A DNA stretch of 64,000 nt from an uncultured Candidatus Rokubacteria bacterium (GTDB lineage: Bacteria; Methylomirabilota; Methylomirabilia; Rokubacteriales; CSP1-6). The notes under the pieces were generated by a model. That model was not told the origin of the DNA. It worked only from the letters and a program-made list of their open reading frames with translations, and did not search any database. Positions within the stretch are counted from its first letter, which is position 1. Every line of letters begins with the position of its first letter. Made by a program: the position numbers and the translations under genes. The stretch covers positions 224,001 to 288,000 of the forward strand of contig CAVYTA010000007.1 of assembly GCA_963771355.1 (NCBI GenBank). Direction: 5' to 3'. Below, piece by piece: positions 1-10,284 of this stretch.

Positions 1-145
1 TCTTGGGCCAGACCCCTGTGGTTAGGTAGATCGTGAGCTTGGCCGGCTGGGCAGGCAGGTTCGGAGACCTGACCGAGGACAAGCTCCGCTCAATATGAGT
101 GCACCGCAGCGCAAAGCAAAGTGCTGAACGCGTAGGATGCGAGCG

Positions 146-2752
146 ATGAGCATTTTCACGCGATCCCTTCGCCGCGAGGCCCTGGACTTCCAGGGGGTCG
201 ACCGGCGGCTCGTGCTCCGAACCGCGCTCATCGCGCTCCTGGTCTCGGCGGCGTACTATCTCGGTACGGAGATTGGCCTGCGCACCCGGTTTCCTGCAAC
301 CGGTCCTTCGATCCTCTGGCCACCGAACGCGATCCTGCTCTCGGTCTTGCTGCTGACGCCGGTCCAGAGATGGGGCATCTACCTGCTTGCGGCCTTTCCC
401 GCCCATTTTCTGACCGAGCATCAGGCTGGCTTCCCGTTATCCCTGAACCTGGGGCTCTTCATCACCAACTGCGGGCAGGCTCTGCTCGGGGCGGTGGCCG
501 TGCGCCGGGTCATCGGCCCTCGCATCGACTTCGACAGCCTTCGCCATGTCACAGCCTTCATCGCGGGTGCCGCCTTCCTTGCTCCGTTCGTGAGCTCATT
601 CGTCGACGTCTGGCTGTGGGTCGCGACGGGGTGGCCGGAAGGCATTCGCTACTGGCCGGCTTGGTGGGTGCGCTTTGCGAGCAACGTGCTCACGATTCTG
701 GTGGTGACGCCGGCAGTGGTGCTCGGTATCAGCCAGGCCCGCACGTGGTTGCGGAGACCTCCTCCGTGGCGCCAGTCCGTGGAGGCGGCCATCCTGGTCG
801 TCGGGCTCGCGGCCGCCGGGGTGATGATAGGCCTCTCCGAACCCCGCCACCTTCAGGCCTTGATGTACACGCCCCTGCCGCTGCTGCTATGGGCCGCGGT
901 GCGCTTCGGGTCTGCAGGGGTCAGCGCGTCGCTCTTGGCGACGACGCTTTGCATGACCCTCGCCGCTACCCGTGACGTGGAGTGGTTTGCCGGGTCGCCG
1001 GAGGCCGCGCAGACCTTCTCGGTCCAGTTCTTCATGGTGATGATGGTCACCGCCATGTCGCTGATGTTCCTGGCCGCCGTCATTCGGGAGCGGGAGCGGG
1101 CGGAAACGGCGCTGAAGGAGCGGCTCGCCTTCGAGCGGCTGCTGTCCGAGGTATCGGCCGGGTTCGCCGGCCAACCAGGCGGGGACATCGCCGAAGCGAT
1201 TCAGGGCGCTCTGGATCGCATCGTTGAGTGCCTCGATGTCGACCAGGCGACGCTGGCACAAGCGTCAGATCATGGCCGCACCTTTGAGCTCAAGTACGCT
1301 TCCCATGACCAGCGGATCGACCCGCTGCCGGGACAGATCCGTACGAGTGAGTTTCCGTGGGGACGAGACAAGATTCGCCTCGGCGAGGTGGTTTGCTTCT
1401 CAAGTCTGGGGGAGCTTCCCGGCGAGGCGAGGACTGATCGAGAGAACTATGGCCGGTACGGTATCAAGTCCGGTGTGGCTATTCCCTTGATGGCTGGACC
1501 GGCAAGCCTTGGCATCCTGGGGCTGGCTACCGTACGGTACGAGCGGTCATGGTCCGGCGAGATGGTGGATCAACTCCGATTGCTGGGGGAGATCTTTACC
1601 GCCGCGATGATGCGCCAGCGAGCGGATACCGATGCTCGCGAAGGGGAAGCCCTGAACCGGGCGGTGCTGGCGTCACTGTCCGGCGCCGTCGCGGTCGTAG
1701 ACCGCGCGGGGGTCACTATCCGGGTGAACGAGACCTGGACCTGGTTGAACCGCTCCTTCGGGCACGCGCTTGTTCCCGACCTCGTGGTGGGCGTGAGCTA
1801 TCTCGAGGCCTGCCAGCGGGCAGCGGAGCGGGGCGTCCAGGAAGCCCAGCCCGCGCTGGTGGGGATCCGGGCGGTCCTGGAGCGGACTCGCGCCGGGTTC
1901 TCGCTGGAATACTCGGGGCCCGGGTTGGACCAGGCGGGCTGGTGGGAGATGCTGGTGGTACCGTTGGATCGCCCGGAGGGCGGTGCGGTCATCACTCATC
2001 GCGACGTCAGCGATCGCAAGCGCGGTGAGCACGAGGCCCAGCAGCAACGGCAGAGTCTCGCGCACTCGGGGCGGCTGCTCGCCGTCGGCGAGCTCGCCGG
2101 GTCGCTCGCGCACGAACTCAATCAGCCCCTGACGGTGATGGTGACCAATGCCCAGGCCGCTCAGCGCCTGATTCGTCAACCGTCGGCGGATCTCGGCGAG
2201 CTAAGAGAGATCCTATCGGACATCGTGCAGGCTGGCCAACGTGGGGCCAACGTGATCAGAGGCGTGCGGGGGCTGCTCAGGCGGGCCGATTCCGACCAAG
2301 TGCCGGTTGACTTGAACACGCTCATCCGCGAAGTCACTGGCCTGCTCCAGAGCGACGCCATCCTCAAGGGCATCTCGGTGCGCCTCGAGATGAGCCCTGA
2401 TCTCCCGCCCGTCCTCGGGGAGCGAGTACAGCTGCAGCAGGTGATCTTGAACCTCTTCATGAATGCTTACGAGGCCATGAGCGGCGCGCCCGACGGACCG
2501 CGCGAGCTGGTGGTCCGGACGAAGCACGGGCCCGGCAACGTCGAGTTCCTGATCTCGGACACGGGTCCTGGTCTGAGCGACGAGACCGTGGAGCGGATGT
2601 TCGAGCCTTTCTTCACGACCAAGCGCGAAGGCCTGGGTCTGGGGCTGTCGATCAGCCGGACAATTGTCAGAGCTCACGGCGGAGAGATCAGAGCGGGTCG
2701 ACACGCAGAACGCGGAAGCACGATATCGGTCACATTGCCGCCACTCCTTTGA
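146..2752 (+). CDS. MASE1-GAF-PAS sensor histidine kinase (FixL/TtrS-like kinase core)
   Basis: N-terminal multi-TM MASE1 (ILWPPNAILL), GAF-like and PAS-like segments, H-box AHELNQPL, QVILNL N-box, DTGPG and FFTTK..GLGLGL. Start placed at ATG 146 (TAGGAT 7 nt upstream); ATG 137 is the alternative. Confidence 0.9.
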   Translation: MSIFTRSLRREALDFQGVDRRLVLRTALIALLVSAAYYLGTEIGLRTRFPATGPSILWPPNAILLSVLLLTPVQRWGIYLLAAFPAHFLTEHQAGFPLSLNLGLFITNCGQALLGAVAVRRVIGPRIDFDSLRHVTAFIAGAAFLAPFVSSFVDVWLWVATGWPEGIRYWPAWWVRFASNVLTILVVTPAVVLGISQARTWLRRPPPWRQSVEAAILVVGLAAAGVMIGLSEPRHLQALMYTPLPLLLWAAVRFGSAGVSASLLATTLCMTLAATRDVEWFAGSPEAAQTFSVQFFMVMMVTAMSLMFLAAVIRERERAETALKERLAFERLLSEVSAGFAGQPGGDIAEAIQGALDRIVECLDVDQATLAQASDHGRTFELKYASHDQRIDPLPGQIRTSEFPWGRDKIRLGEVVCFSSLGELPGEARTDRENYGRYGIKSGVAIPLMAGPASLGILGLATVRYERSWSGEMVDQLRLLGEIFTAAMMRQRADTDAREGEALNRAVLASLSGAVAVVDRAGVTIRVNETWTWLNRSFGHALVPDLVVGVSYLEACQRAAERGVQEAQPALVGIRAVLERTRAGFSLEYSGPGLDQAGWWEMLVVPLDRPEGGAVITHRDVSDRKRGEHEAQQQRQSLAHSGRLLAVGELAGSLAHELNQPLTVMVTNAQAAQRLIRQPSADLGELREILSDIVQAGQRGANVIRGVRGLLRRADSDQVPVDLNTLIREVTGLLQSDAILKGISVRLEMSPDLPPVLGERVQLQQVILNLFMNAYEAMSGAPDGPRELVVRTKHGPGNVEFLISDTGPGLSDETVERMFEPFFTTKREGLGLGLSISRTIVRAHGGEIRAGRHAERGSTISVTLPPLL

Positions 2753-2777
2753 CGGCCTTCTCATAGGGAGTCGTGCG

Positions 2778-2884
2778 ATGAGGAACGCCTGGAGGATCCT
2801 GCTAAGACGCTCGGCTCAAATGGCACCCTGAAGGACGTGGACACGGCGGTCGTGGCTGGCGTGCGCATGTACATCCGGTTCTGA
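2778..2884 (+). pseudogene. Remnant resembling an OprB-type porin, first and last residues only
   Basis: GGGAG+ATG MRNAWRILL joined out of frame to KTLGSNGTLKDVDTAVVAGVRMYIRF*, which has a beta-barrel-type terminal Phe. Confidence 0.4.
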
Positions 2885-2888
2885 CGGT

Positions 2889-3077
2889 GTGACCAACGGG
2901 ACGAGACGCCTGCGCCCCCTCGTCTGGGTCTGGCGCACCTCGGTGGGGCTGGCGTGCATCGGCGTGCTCGGCTGGATGGCGCTGGCTATCTACTTCGACC
3001 TGGCGCCGGGCGCGACGCCGTGGTTCCGCGCCGGGCTCGCGCGCATCCGGGAAGGCCTCCCGAGGATGTCACCCTGA
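2889..3077 (+). pseudogene. N-terminal membrane fragment, possibly of a DUF4105-like protein
   Basis: Hydrophobic WMALAIYFDL..FRAGLA segment that ends abruptly. Confidence 0.3.
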
Positions 3078-3212
3078 TGACCACAATGCGCGGGGCCGGT
3101 GGGGACGAATCGGGCCGATCCCAAGGTCGTCGCGCCACGATACCGAGGGCCATGTCATGGTCAGATGAAGAGTTTGATCATCTATCGATCATTTGGTCCA
3201 GCGGAACCATCG

Positions 3213-3740
3213 TCAGGGCTCCCGAACCCGGAACTGCGTGACGAATGTCGTTCCGACGATCTGCTCCGGCGGGACGCCGTGGATCCCCTCCGCCCACGTG
3301 CGCATGAACTCGACGGTGCCTCCGGAGACGATGTAGGTCGTGAAGCCGTTGTCGCGCAGATAGGCCATGAGCTCGAGCATGGGCTGGAACACGAGATCCG
3401 TGTACGGACGATTGAAGCGAGGATGGCGCGCGGTGGCGAGCCAGTCGGCGACGACTCGGGCGAACTCATCGGTGGTCATGCCGGTGTGCGTCGCGGTGAG
3501 GAGCTGGAGCATCCCTCTTTCTCCTGACGCCACGAGCGCTTTCATGTCCCCGTCGAGCACCGCCTTGAACGGCTGCTGGGTCTTCCACTCCCGGGGCTTC
3601 GGCACGAGGGCCTTGACCCGGTCGAGCGCGAAGGCGAACTGAAAGTAGATCGGCTGCTCCGACCACAGGGTGCCGTCGTTGTCGAAGGTGGCGATGCGCT
3701 CGGCCGGACCTTCCGCGGGATCCGGATAGCCGGCTGGCAC
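3213..3740 (-). pseudogene. HAD-family hydrolase internal fragment
   Basis: RIATFDNDGTLW motif I and YIVSGG motif II present; signal peptide and C-terminal motifs III/IV missing. Confidence 0.8.
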
Positions 3741-4008
3741 GCGACAAGCGCGGCGCCTATCCCGTCGACACGTCCACCTGCAACGTCGGCATCCGCTGCG
3801 TGGTGCGGGTCAAGGCGGCAGATTCAGAGCGCGGCCCCGGTAACGCTGCCGTGGATTGACTCAGCGCCGGGTCTCGGCCTCGAGCCGCTGCCCGAGCTGG
3901 CGGAGCTCGGGGGTCGTCGGCTCGAGGTCGGCGCGCCGCGCGAGAAGAGGGTGTTGCGACCGTAAGGGTGGCGGAGGAGGCTCCGCTCGCGCCCCGCGAG
4001 CGCGCCGG

Positions 4009-4761
4009 TCACGTGGTTGCCGGGGAACGTTGACCGGTGACGGGAGAATCCGCCGCCACCTCGGGGCCCACGATCAACGGGTACGCGATCCCGCCGAGGA
4101 TCCCGCCGATGATGGGCGCCACCCAGAACAGCCAGAGCTGGCCCATCGCCCATCCGCCGACAAAGAGCGCAGGCCCGGTGCTCCGCGCCGGATTCACTGA
4201 CGTGTTGGTCACAGGGATGCTGATCAGGTGGATGAGCGTTAGGGCCAGGCCAATCGCGATGGGAGCAAAGTGCTGCGGTGCACGTCCGTGCGTTGCGCCG
4301 AGGATGATGAGCAGAAAGAAGAAGGTCATCACCAGTTCGCACACAAACGCGGCCACGAACGAGTAGCCGCCTGGCGAGTGCGCACCGTAACCGTTCGAGG
4401 CGAAGCCGCCGGTGAGGCTGAACCCCGGCTTTCCACTCGCGATCACATACAGCACGCCCGCGCCGGCCGCGCCGCCCAACACCTGCGCGATGATGTAGTG
4501 GAAGAGCTCGCTGCCCGGGAACCGCCCTCCCGCCCAGAGACCGAGCGACACGGCCGGGTTCAGATGACACCCCGAGATGTGCCCGATCGCGTACGCCATC
4601 GTCAGCACGGTGAGTCCGAACGCAAACGATACACCCAGCAACCCGATGCCCACGCTCGGGAAGGCAGCGGCGAGGACCGCGCTCCCGCAGCCGCCGAGCA
4701 CCAGCCAGGCCGTACCCAAAAACTCAGCAGCAAACCTCTGGGGAAGAGGAACTTGAGCCAT
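4009..4761 (-). CDS. aqpZ: Aquaporin Z
   Basis: [16 protein letters not shown] and [12 protein letters not shown] boxes; GGGAGG SD before ATG 4761. Confidence 0.95.
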   Translation of the reverse strand: MAQVPLPQRFAAEFLGTAWLVLGGCGSAVLAAAFPSVGIGLLGVSFAFGLTVLTMAYAIGHISGCHLNPAVSLGLWAGGRFPGSELFHYIIAQVLGGAAGAGVLYVIASGKPGFSLTGGFASNGYGAHSPGGYSFVAAFVCELVMTFFFLLIILGATHGRAPQHFAPIAIGLALTLIHLISIPVTNTSVNPARSTGPALFVGGWAMGQLWLFWVAPIIGGILGGIAYPLIVGPEVAADSPVTGQRSPATT

Positions 4762-4909
4762 AAGAACCTCCCTCGCCGCGGGCGGCGCGTCACGGTTTGA
4801 AATCTTCGGTTCCTTCACCTGAATACCACTCGTGGTCACATATCGTCGACCATTCTTCGTTCGCGAGGCGATAGGACATTGGTCCTATCGGGAGGGCACG
4901 GGCCGCCGA

Positions 4910-5014
4910 ACGGACTCCACGGTCGGCAAGCACCTCGAGAAGACGGCCGCCGATGGCACAAAAACGGCACATGATGCTAAGATCGAGACCTCGCCACACG
5001 TAACCGCTGGAAAA
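4910..5014 (+). mobile_element. Possible integrase C-terminal remnant/arm site abutting the tRNA 5' end
   Basis: GGCACAAAAACGGCACA direct repeat at ~4955-4971; frame ..DGTKTAH..KAGVAQWQSN* runs into the tRNA. Confidence 0.4.
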
Positions 5015-5089
5015 GCCGGGGTAGCTCAGTGGCAGAGCAACTGATTCGTAATCAGTAGGTCGCGGGTTCAACTCCCGCCCCCGGCTCCA
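5015..5089 (+). tRNA. tRNA-Thr(CGT)
   Basis: GCCGGGG/CCCCGGC acceptor stem, TAGCTCAGTGG D arm, ACTGA-TTCGTAA-TCAGT anticodon arm, GGTTCAACTCC T arm, encoded CCA. Confidence 0.97.
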
Positions 5090-5101
5090 TTAACCCACCG
5101 A

Positions 5102-5251
5102 TTACGATGGCGTCTTCCGAGGCAACTCCTTCGGGGCGACCTGCGTCTCTGCTTCTTGTGCCCGTCTTGTGCCCAAGCTGGCGCTCGGAGCGATCTTCAG
5201 CACATCATCGAGGCGCGACACCGCGGTGCGGAGATGTTCCGGGGCCGGCAA
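5102..5251 (-). pseudogene. Tyrosine integrase C-terminal remnant
   Basis: Translates APEHLRTAVSRLDDVL..GTRRAQE..*, like the YxHLAPEHLRxAVxRLD tail of phage integrases; converges on the tRNA 3' end; TGTGCCCGTCTTGTGCCC repeat. Confidence 0.7.
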
Positions 5252-5267
5252 CTATACGGGAATTCGG

Positions 5268-6071
5268 TCAGCGCCGGTCCGTGATTCTCCGCGAAGGTTG
5301 GCCGATATGGATGTGGGCGCCCGTGGACGAGCCGGGCACCGCCTGGCGGACGCCGATGAACGGGATGTTCTGCCCCTGCAGATACCGCATGAGGGCCTGG
5401 CCCTCGGCGCTGTCTGGATGCACCGCCACGTCCACCGCCTGGCGGTGGTCGAAGCCGATGCGATCGTGCACCGAGCTCTGCCCGAGCGCGCTGATGGGCA
5501 AGGGGCGGCCGAAGCGGCCGCCGAAGAAGCGCTCCACGCGCGGGACATCGGAAAGGGAGAAGGGGAGGGTCCCGTTGAAGCGGATGAAGGCGGCGCTCGC
5601 CGTGTAGCCGCCCGCGGGCAACGGCGCCAGCTTGGCCATCTCGATGTGCGCCACGGCCTCGCCGATGATCCCTTCTCGTATCTTTTTGGCCTCGCGGATC
5701 AAGCGCTCCGTCTCCTTGATCTTGCGCTGCGTCTCGGCGAGGAGCTCCTCGGCGATCTCCACCTCGCGGCGGGAGATGATCTGCCGCTGGTAGAGATCGC
5801 GCCGTACCTCGACCATCTCGGCCACGCTCTGGGCGTCCTTCTGGTGGATGGCGAGCGTGCGCTCGAGGCTCGCCACGTACTCGCGCGTGGTGCGCACGAT
5901 ATCGGCGGCGATCCGATCGAACTGCTCGGCCTGGCGGTCGCGCGGGCGCGTGGTGCTCGGAGGGCGGGCGCCCGCGCCCGGCGCCGGCGCGCGGCTCTGT
6001 CCGTGGACGGGGGCGGTCTCGATGAGGAGAAAGGCGATCAGGCCGAGGACGAGGCGGACGGAGGGGGTCAC
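5268..6071 (-). CDS. Secreted coiled-coil protein with C-terminal LAS/M15-like Zn-peptidase motifs
   Basis: Signal peptide, long heptad region, H-x4-D (HRQAVD) and HIH; TACAAT 6 nt before GTG. Confidence 0.65.
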   Translation of the reverse strand: MTPSVRLVLGLIAFLLIETAPVHGQSRAPAPGAGARPPSTTRPRDRQAEQFDRIAADIVRTTREYVASLERTLAIHQKDAQSVAEMVEVRRDLYQRQIISRREVEIAEELLAETQRKIKETERLIREAKKIREGIIGEAVAHIEMAKLAPLPAGGYTASAAFIRFNGTLPFSLSDVPRVERFFGGRFGRPLPISALGQSSVHDRIGFDHRQAVDVAVHPDSAEGQALMRYLQGQNIPFIGVRQAVPGSSTGAHIHIGQPSRRITDRR

Positions 6072-6264
6072 TCTTGAATTGTAGCGCGCGGGATCACGCG
6101 CAGGCCCGCCGCCCCTTCGGCACCGCCACTGGTAAGCATGGCGGGCTCGTGTACGCACCTTTAGAAGGTGCTCAAGTAAGCCGTCCGCCCTCCGGCTCGG
6201 GGCCCGCCCGAGATGCGACCAAGGTCCTATGTCCAAGATGACCAAGGTGCGCTAGGACTCACAC

Positions 6265-8175
6265 ATGTCCGACGCCTCGACACGCTTGCGCGCCTTGGCG
6301 GCCGCCGGCGCGTTGCTTGCGGTGCTGGTCCTCGCCGGCGCCTGCGCCACGCCCATCGGGGTGACCCGGGCCGACACCCAGGCGGCCTACCGCGATCTCG
6401 CGCGGAGCGTGCTCTCGACCGGCGAGATGAGCGCGGGCAGCGAGATCGTGCTGCGCCGCGAGGGGCTCGCGGTCCGCTACGACGCGGATCCGGTCGCCAC
6501 GCTGGCGGCGCTGCGGGGCACCGGCCGAGATCTCAGCCAGGACCGGCTCTTCGCGCTGGCCGAGCTGTCGTTCCTCTACGCCGAGCAGGCGGGCGACCCA
6601 GCGTACTACCTGGCGGCGGCGGTCTACGCGTACGCATTCATGATGGACCGCAAGGCCTCGATCGGGGCCGCGCTCGATCCCCGCGCGCGCCTCGCCGCCG
6701 ACATTTACAATCTCGGTGTCAGCAACGGGCTCAGCCCCGCGCGGCCGGTCGAGAGCGGTAGTCTCGCCGAGCAGGCTTCGCGGGCATCCGTGTTGAGCGC
6801 CCGCGAGGTGATCCTCACCGATCGCATGCTGCCGCTGCCCTGGGGCCAGCTCGAGCTCCACGGCAATCCCGACGACTTCCTCTGGTCCGGCTATCGCCTG
6901 ACGCGCTTCGTCTCCGTGGGCGAGTTCAAGGTGCGGGGCATGCGCAACCGCTATCGGCAGCCGGGCATCGGCGCGCCGCTGGCCGCCGACATCGCACCGG
7001 ACGGGACCGGGCCCGCCGCTGACGCCGCCCGGAAGCGTATCCCTCCTCGGGCGAAGGTCGCGGTGACGGTCTTCGTGCGCTTCGACGATGCCATGAACGG
7101 CATCGCGGACGGCCGCCTCCGGGGTCGGCTCGAGCTCTATGCGGCGGACAAATCCACGACCGTGGAGATCGACGGACACACGGTGCCGCTCGAGCTCGAT
7201 CCGACGGCGACGCTGGCCTACGCCCTCGAGGGCGCGCCGGTGTGGGAGACCGAGTTCGGCTCGTTCCTGACCGCCGATTTCCGCGTGCACCGCGAGAGCC
7301 TCATCATGATGCGGCCGTACCTGCCGGGCCGCGTCCCGGTCGTGCTGATCCACGGCACCGCCTCCAGCCCCGCGCGGTGGGGCGAGATGTACAACGAGCT
7401 CTCCAACGACGCCGTGCTGCGCGACCGCGTGCAATTCTGGGTCTTCACGTACTCGACCAGCAACCCGATCCTCCAGTCGGCGGACGAGCTGCGGCGATCG
7501 CTGAGCGACATCGTGAAGGAGGTCGATCCGGAGGGGCGCGACCCGGCGCTGCGCCGCATGGTCCTGATCGGCCACAGCCAGGGCGGCCTGCTCGCGCGGC
7601 TGATGGTGTCGGAGAGCGGGTCACGCTTCTGGGACAGCGCCTCGTCGGTGCCGCTGTCGCAGATCGAGGCCTCCCCGGCGGCGCGGGCCCTGCTCCAGCG
7701 GGTCATGTTCTTCGAGCCGGTCCCTGCGGTCAGCCGGGTGATCTTCGTCTCCACGCCGCACCGCGGCAGCTTCCGCATCTCGTCGCCGGTGCTGAGCCTG
7801 ATCCGCCGGCTCGTCAGGCTGCCCGTCGCGCTGGTGAAGGATCTCGACGAGATCTCCCGGCTGAACGTCGACAAGCTCAAGGGCGGCCGCGACGGGATCC
7901 CCACCGCCGTCGACAACATGAATCCCAACGGCCGGTTCGTCCAGACGCTCTCGGCCTGTCCCATGACGCCGAAGGTGACGACCCACTCGATCATCTCCGT
8001 GCTGGGCAGCGGGCCGGTGACCGGCAAGACCGACGGCTTCGTGGCGTACGAGAGCGCGCGCCTGGAGGGCGTGGCCTCGGAGAAGATCGTCCGCTCCAGC
8101 CACTCGACCCAGGGTGAGCCCGAGACCATCCTGGAAGTGCGCCGTATCCTCCGCGAGCACGTCCGGGGAGACTGA
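6265..8175 (+). CDS. Lipoprotein alpha/beta hydrolase (esterase/lipase family)
   Basis: Lipobox LAGAC, VLIHG, GHSQGG nucleophile elbow, TPHRGS, DGFV, SHS. Confidence 0.88.
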   Translation: MSDASTRLRALAAAGALLAVLVLAGACATPIGVTRADTQAAYRDLARSVLSTGEMSAGSEIVLRREGLAVRYDADPVATLAALRGTGRDLSQDRLFALAELSFLYAEQAGDPAYYLAAAVYAYAFMMDRKASIGAALDPRARLAADIYNLGVSNGLSPARPVESGSLAEQASRASVLSAREVILTDRMLPLPWGQLELHGNPDDFLWSGYRLTRFVSVGEFKVRGMRNRYRQPGIGAPLAADIAPDGTGPAADAARKRIPPRAKVAVTVFVRFDDAMNGIADGRLRGRLELYAADKSTTVEIDGHTVPLELDPTATLAYALEGAPVWETEFGSFLTADFRVHRESLIMMRPYLPGRVPVVLIHGTASSPARWGEMYNELSNDAVLRDRVQFWVFTYSTSNPILQSADELRRSLSDIVKEVDPEGRDPALRRMVLIGHSQGGLLARLMVSESGSRFWDSASSVPLSQIEASPAARALLQRVMFFEPVPAVSRVIFVSTPHRGSFRISSPVLSLIRRLVRLPVALVKDLDEISRLNVDKLKGGRDGIPTAVDNMNPNGRFVQTLSACPMTPKVTTHSIISVLGSGPVTGKTDGFVAYESARLEGVASEKIVRSSHSTQGEPETILEVRRILREHVRGD

Positions 8176-8324
8176 GCGGCATCGGATTCAGGGAGGGCAT
8201 CAGCCATCCAGCCGTCGAAGGAAAGCAATTGGGTAAAAACGATCCCCGGCCGAGGTTGGTGGGGTCTGGTTCCCGGTTTTAGGGACCGCTTCGCCGGCAG
8301 CGCTCCCGGCGATCATCCAGCCGA

Positions 8325-8519
8325 TCACTTTGCCGGCACGGTAGTCGGGGCCCCCTTCTGCTTCACAATGAACACCAGGAACTTGGCAGGCTTTGTCGTG
8401 CTGGCATTTCGTGAAACCGTGTGCACGTCTTCCGGCGACTCATAGAATGTCTGGCCCGGCCCCAGTGTCACTTCCTTCCCACCCTTCACCTGCATCACCA
8501 CTGCCCCTTCCAGCACATA
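8325..8519 (-). pseudogene. Cupin domain protein, C-terminal half only
   Basis: YVLEGAVVMQV..GQTFYESPEDVH..RNAS cupin motif 2; N-terminus absent. Confidence 0.75.
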
Positions 8520-8520
8520 G

Positions 8521-8677
8521 CATCGGCCAGAAGCCGATACGGGGCAGTCCGTGGGCGTAGTTCTGCAAGTTGAACGGGAAGAACGGCACGAGCCGCGTGA
8601 CCATGACGATGCGCCAGCCGTGCTCGGCCGTCAGCTCGTCCAGGCGCGACAGCCGTGGGCCGGCCCGTACCCAGCGA
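8521..8677 (-). pseudogene. TVP38/TMEM64 (DedA/VTT) internal fragment
   Basis: Translates RLDELTAEHGWRIVMVTRLVPFFPFNLQNYAHGLPRIGFWP. Confidence 0.75.
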
Positions 8678-8707
8678 TAACTCCGGAGTAGAAGCTATTC
8701 CGCCGCA

Positions 8708-9478
8708 CTAGGCTAACCGGGCGAGTTCGCCGAGAAGGATGAGGGCTGCGAACCCCGCAGCGGCGAGAACGCCGGAGTAGCGGGGCCCATTGTGGAAGGC
8801 CTCCGGGATCATGCTTTCCGCCGTCATGGCGATGAGCGCCCCGGCTCCGTATGCCTTGAGGATTGCCGTCGCGTGAGGGCCAAGGTCACTCAGGAAGTAG
8901 AAGGCAAGAGCCGTGATCGCTGCAGTAACAAGTGTAGTGCCGCTCCATAGGATGAGCACGTAAGTAGATGTGCGGGACGCGAGACGCATACCGGCCGTCC
9001 CGGAAAGTGCCTCCGGCACGTTCGCGAGCGAAAGCGCGATGACCAGTGCCAGATCGGGTCCCCCGGCCCTCAGGGTGATGCCAAGGACTAGCGCCTCCGG
9101 CACAGCATCAAGCGCGGTGCCGAGCGCAATGGAGGTGCCGCTGCCCGGCGCCTCGGCTTCCGACGGCTGCGGCTTGCATTCCCCGCAGCGCTTGCGGTCG
9201 TTGGCGATTGCGAGAGCTGCGTTCGCGATGCTGAACGTAGCGGCACCGGCAACAATTCCGCCTACAGTGGATGCCGCGCCGGCCAGTATGAGCGCCTCGG
9301 ATGCGACCTTGAACGAGGCAGCTGAAAGGAGCACGCCCGCCCCGAGCGACATGAAAGCAGCGATGGCCCGGTGCCGGAGTTGCGCTATTAGCCCCAGAAT
9401 TGCCCCGACAAGCACGCCGGACGCCGCAGCTAACCCCCAGCAGAAGGCCCACACTGCCCCAACAATACCTTCGGGCAT
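8708..9478 (-). CDS. ZIP-family metal transporter
   Basis: [21 protein letters not shown] and MIPEAF motifs; GAGGAG SD. Confidence 0.85.
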   Translation of the reverse strand: MPEGIVGAVWAFCWGLAAASGVLVGAILGLIAQLRHRAIAAFMSLGAGVLLSAASFKVASEALILAGAASTVGGIVAGAATFSIANAALAIANDRKRCGECKPQPSEAEAPGSGTSIALGTALDAVPEALVLGITLRAGGPDLALVIALSLANVPEALSGTAGMRLASRTSTYVLILWSGTTLVTAAITALAFYFLSDLGPHATAILKAYGAGALIAMTAESMIPEAFHNGPRYSGVLAAAGFAALILLGELARLA

Positions 9479-9627
9479 TGCATGCTCCTCTTGGTCGTGA
9501 CCCACGGAATCCGGCCAGCGGCAAACAAAGACGGTGCAGGAGGAAATCGCTCGCACAGCTAAAGGCCTCGCCGGCCTGGCCGCTCACGGCCCACCTCCTA
9601 ACGCGCGATGTGCTGGACGATCTGCTG

Positions 9628-10149
9628 TTACGCCTGCTTTGTAACCTTGTCGGTGCGAATCGGCAGTCTCCAGTGGGGCCGGACGAAATGGCAGGTGTAG
9701 CCGTCGGGATATCGTTGGAGATAATCCTGATGCTCGGGTTCGGCCTCCCAGAAGTCGCCTGCCGGAACGACTTCCGTGACCGCCTTGCCCGGCCACAGGC
9801 CTGAAGCGTCGACGTCGGCGATGGTGTCTTCGGCAGTCCGCTTTTGCTCGTCACTGGTGTAGAAGATCGCAGATCGGTAGCTGGTCCCGAAGTCGTTGCC
9901 CTGGCGATTACGCGTGCTTGGGTCGTGAATCTGGAAGAAGAATTCGAGGATCTGCCGATAGCTGACCCGGGCAGGATCAAAGATGACCTCGACGGCTTCG
10001 GCATGTGAGCCGTGATTGCGATACGTAGCGTGGGACACGTTGCCGCCGGTGTAGCCGGCCCGTGTCGACAGAACGCCGTCGTAGCGGCGAAGAAGATCCT
10101 GCACGCCCCAGAAGCAACCGCCGGCAAGAACAGCGCGTTCCTCAGTCAT
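9628..10149 (-). CDS. msrA: Peptide-methionine (S)-S-oxide reductase
   Basis: GGCFWG, GYTGG, HAEAV, QGND.G..YRS, EPEHQDY. Confidence 0.96.
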   Translation of the reverse strand: MTEERAVLAGGCFWGVQDLLRRYDGVLSTRAGYTGGNVSHATYRNHGSHAEAVEVIFDPARVSYRQILEFFFQIHDPSTRNRQGNDFGTSYRSAIFYTSDEQKRTAEDTIADVDASGLWPGKAVTEVVPAGDFWEAEPEHQDYLQRYPDGYTCHFVRPHWRLPIRTDKVTKQA

Positions 10150-10284
10150 TGGACATCCTCCACTTGGTTCAAGTAAGCCGCTCGCCACGCGGTCGATCTC
10201 TTCCGGTATCGATCTCTCTCCCGTTGGTCTGTTGGACGATGGTATCAAGGGGAGGCGGGCGCGCCGTGCGCTCGCCTCATACCG

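Noticed and set aside
4954..4968. Sigma54 promoter for the tRNA (TGGCACAAAAACGGC fits GG-N10-GC)
   Set aside because: The -12 element is poor, and the sequence is better explained as a direct-repeat arm site mirrored on the other side of the tRNA
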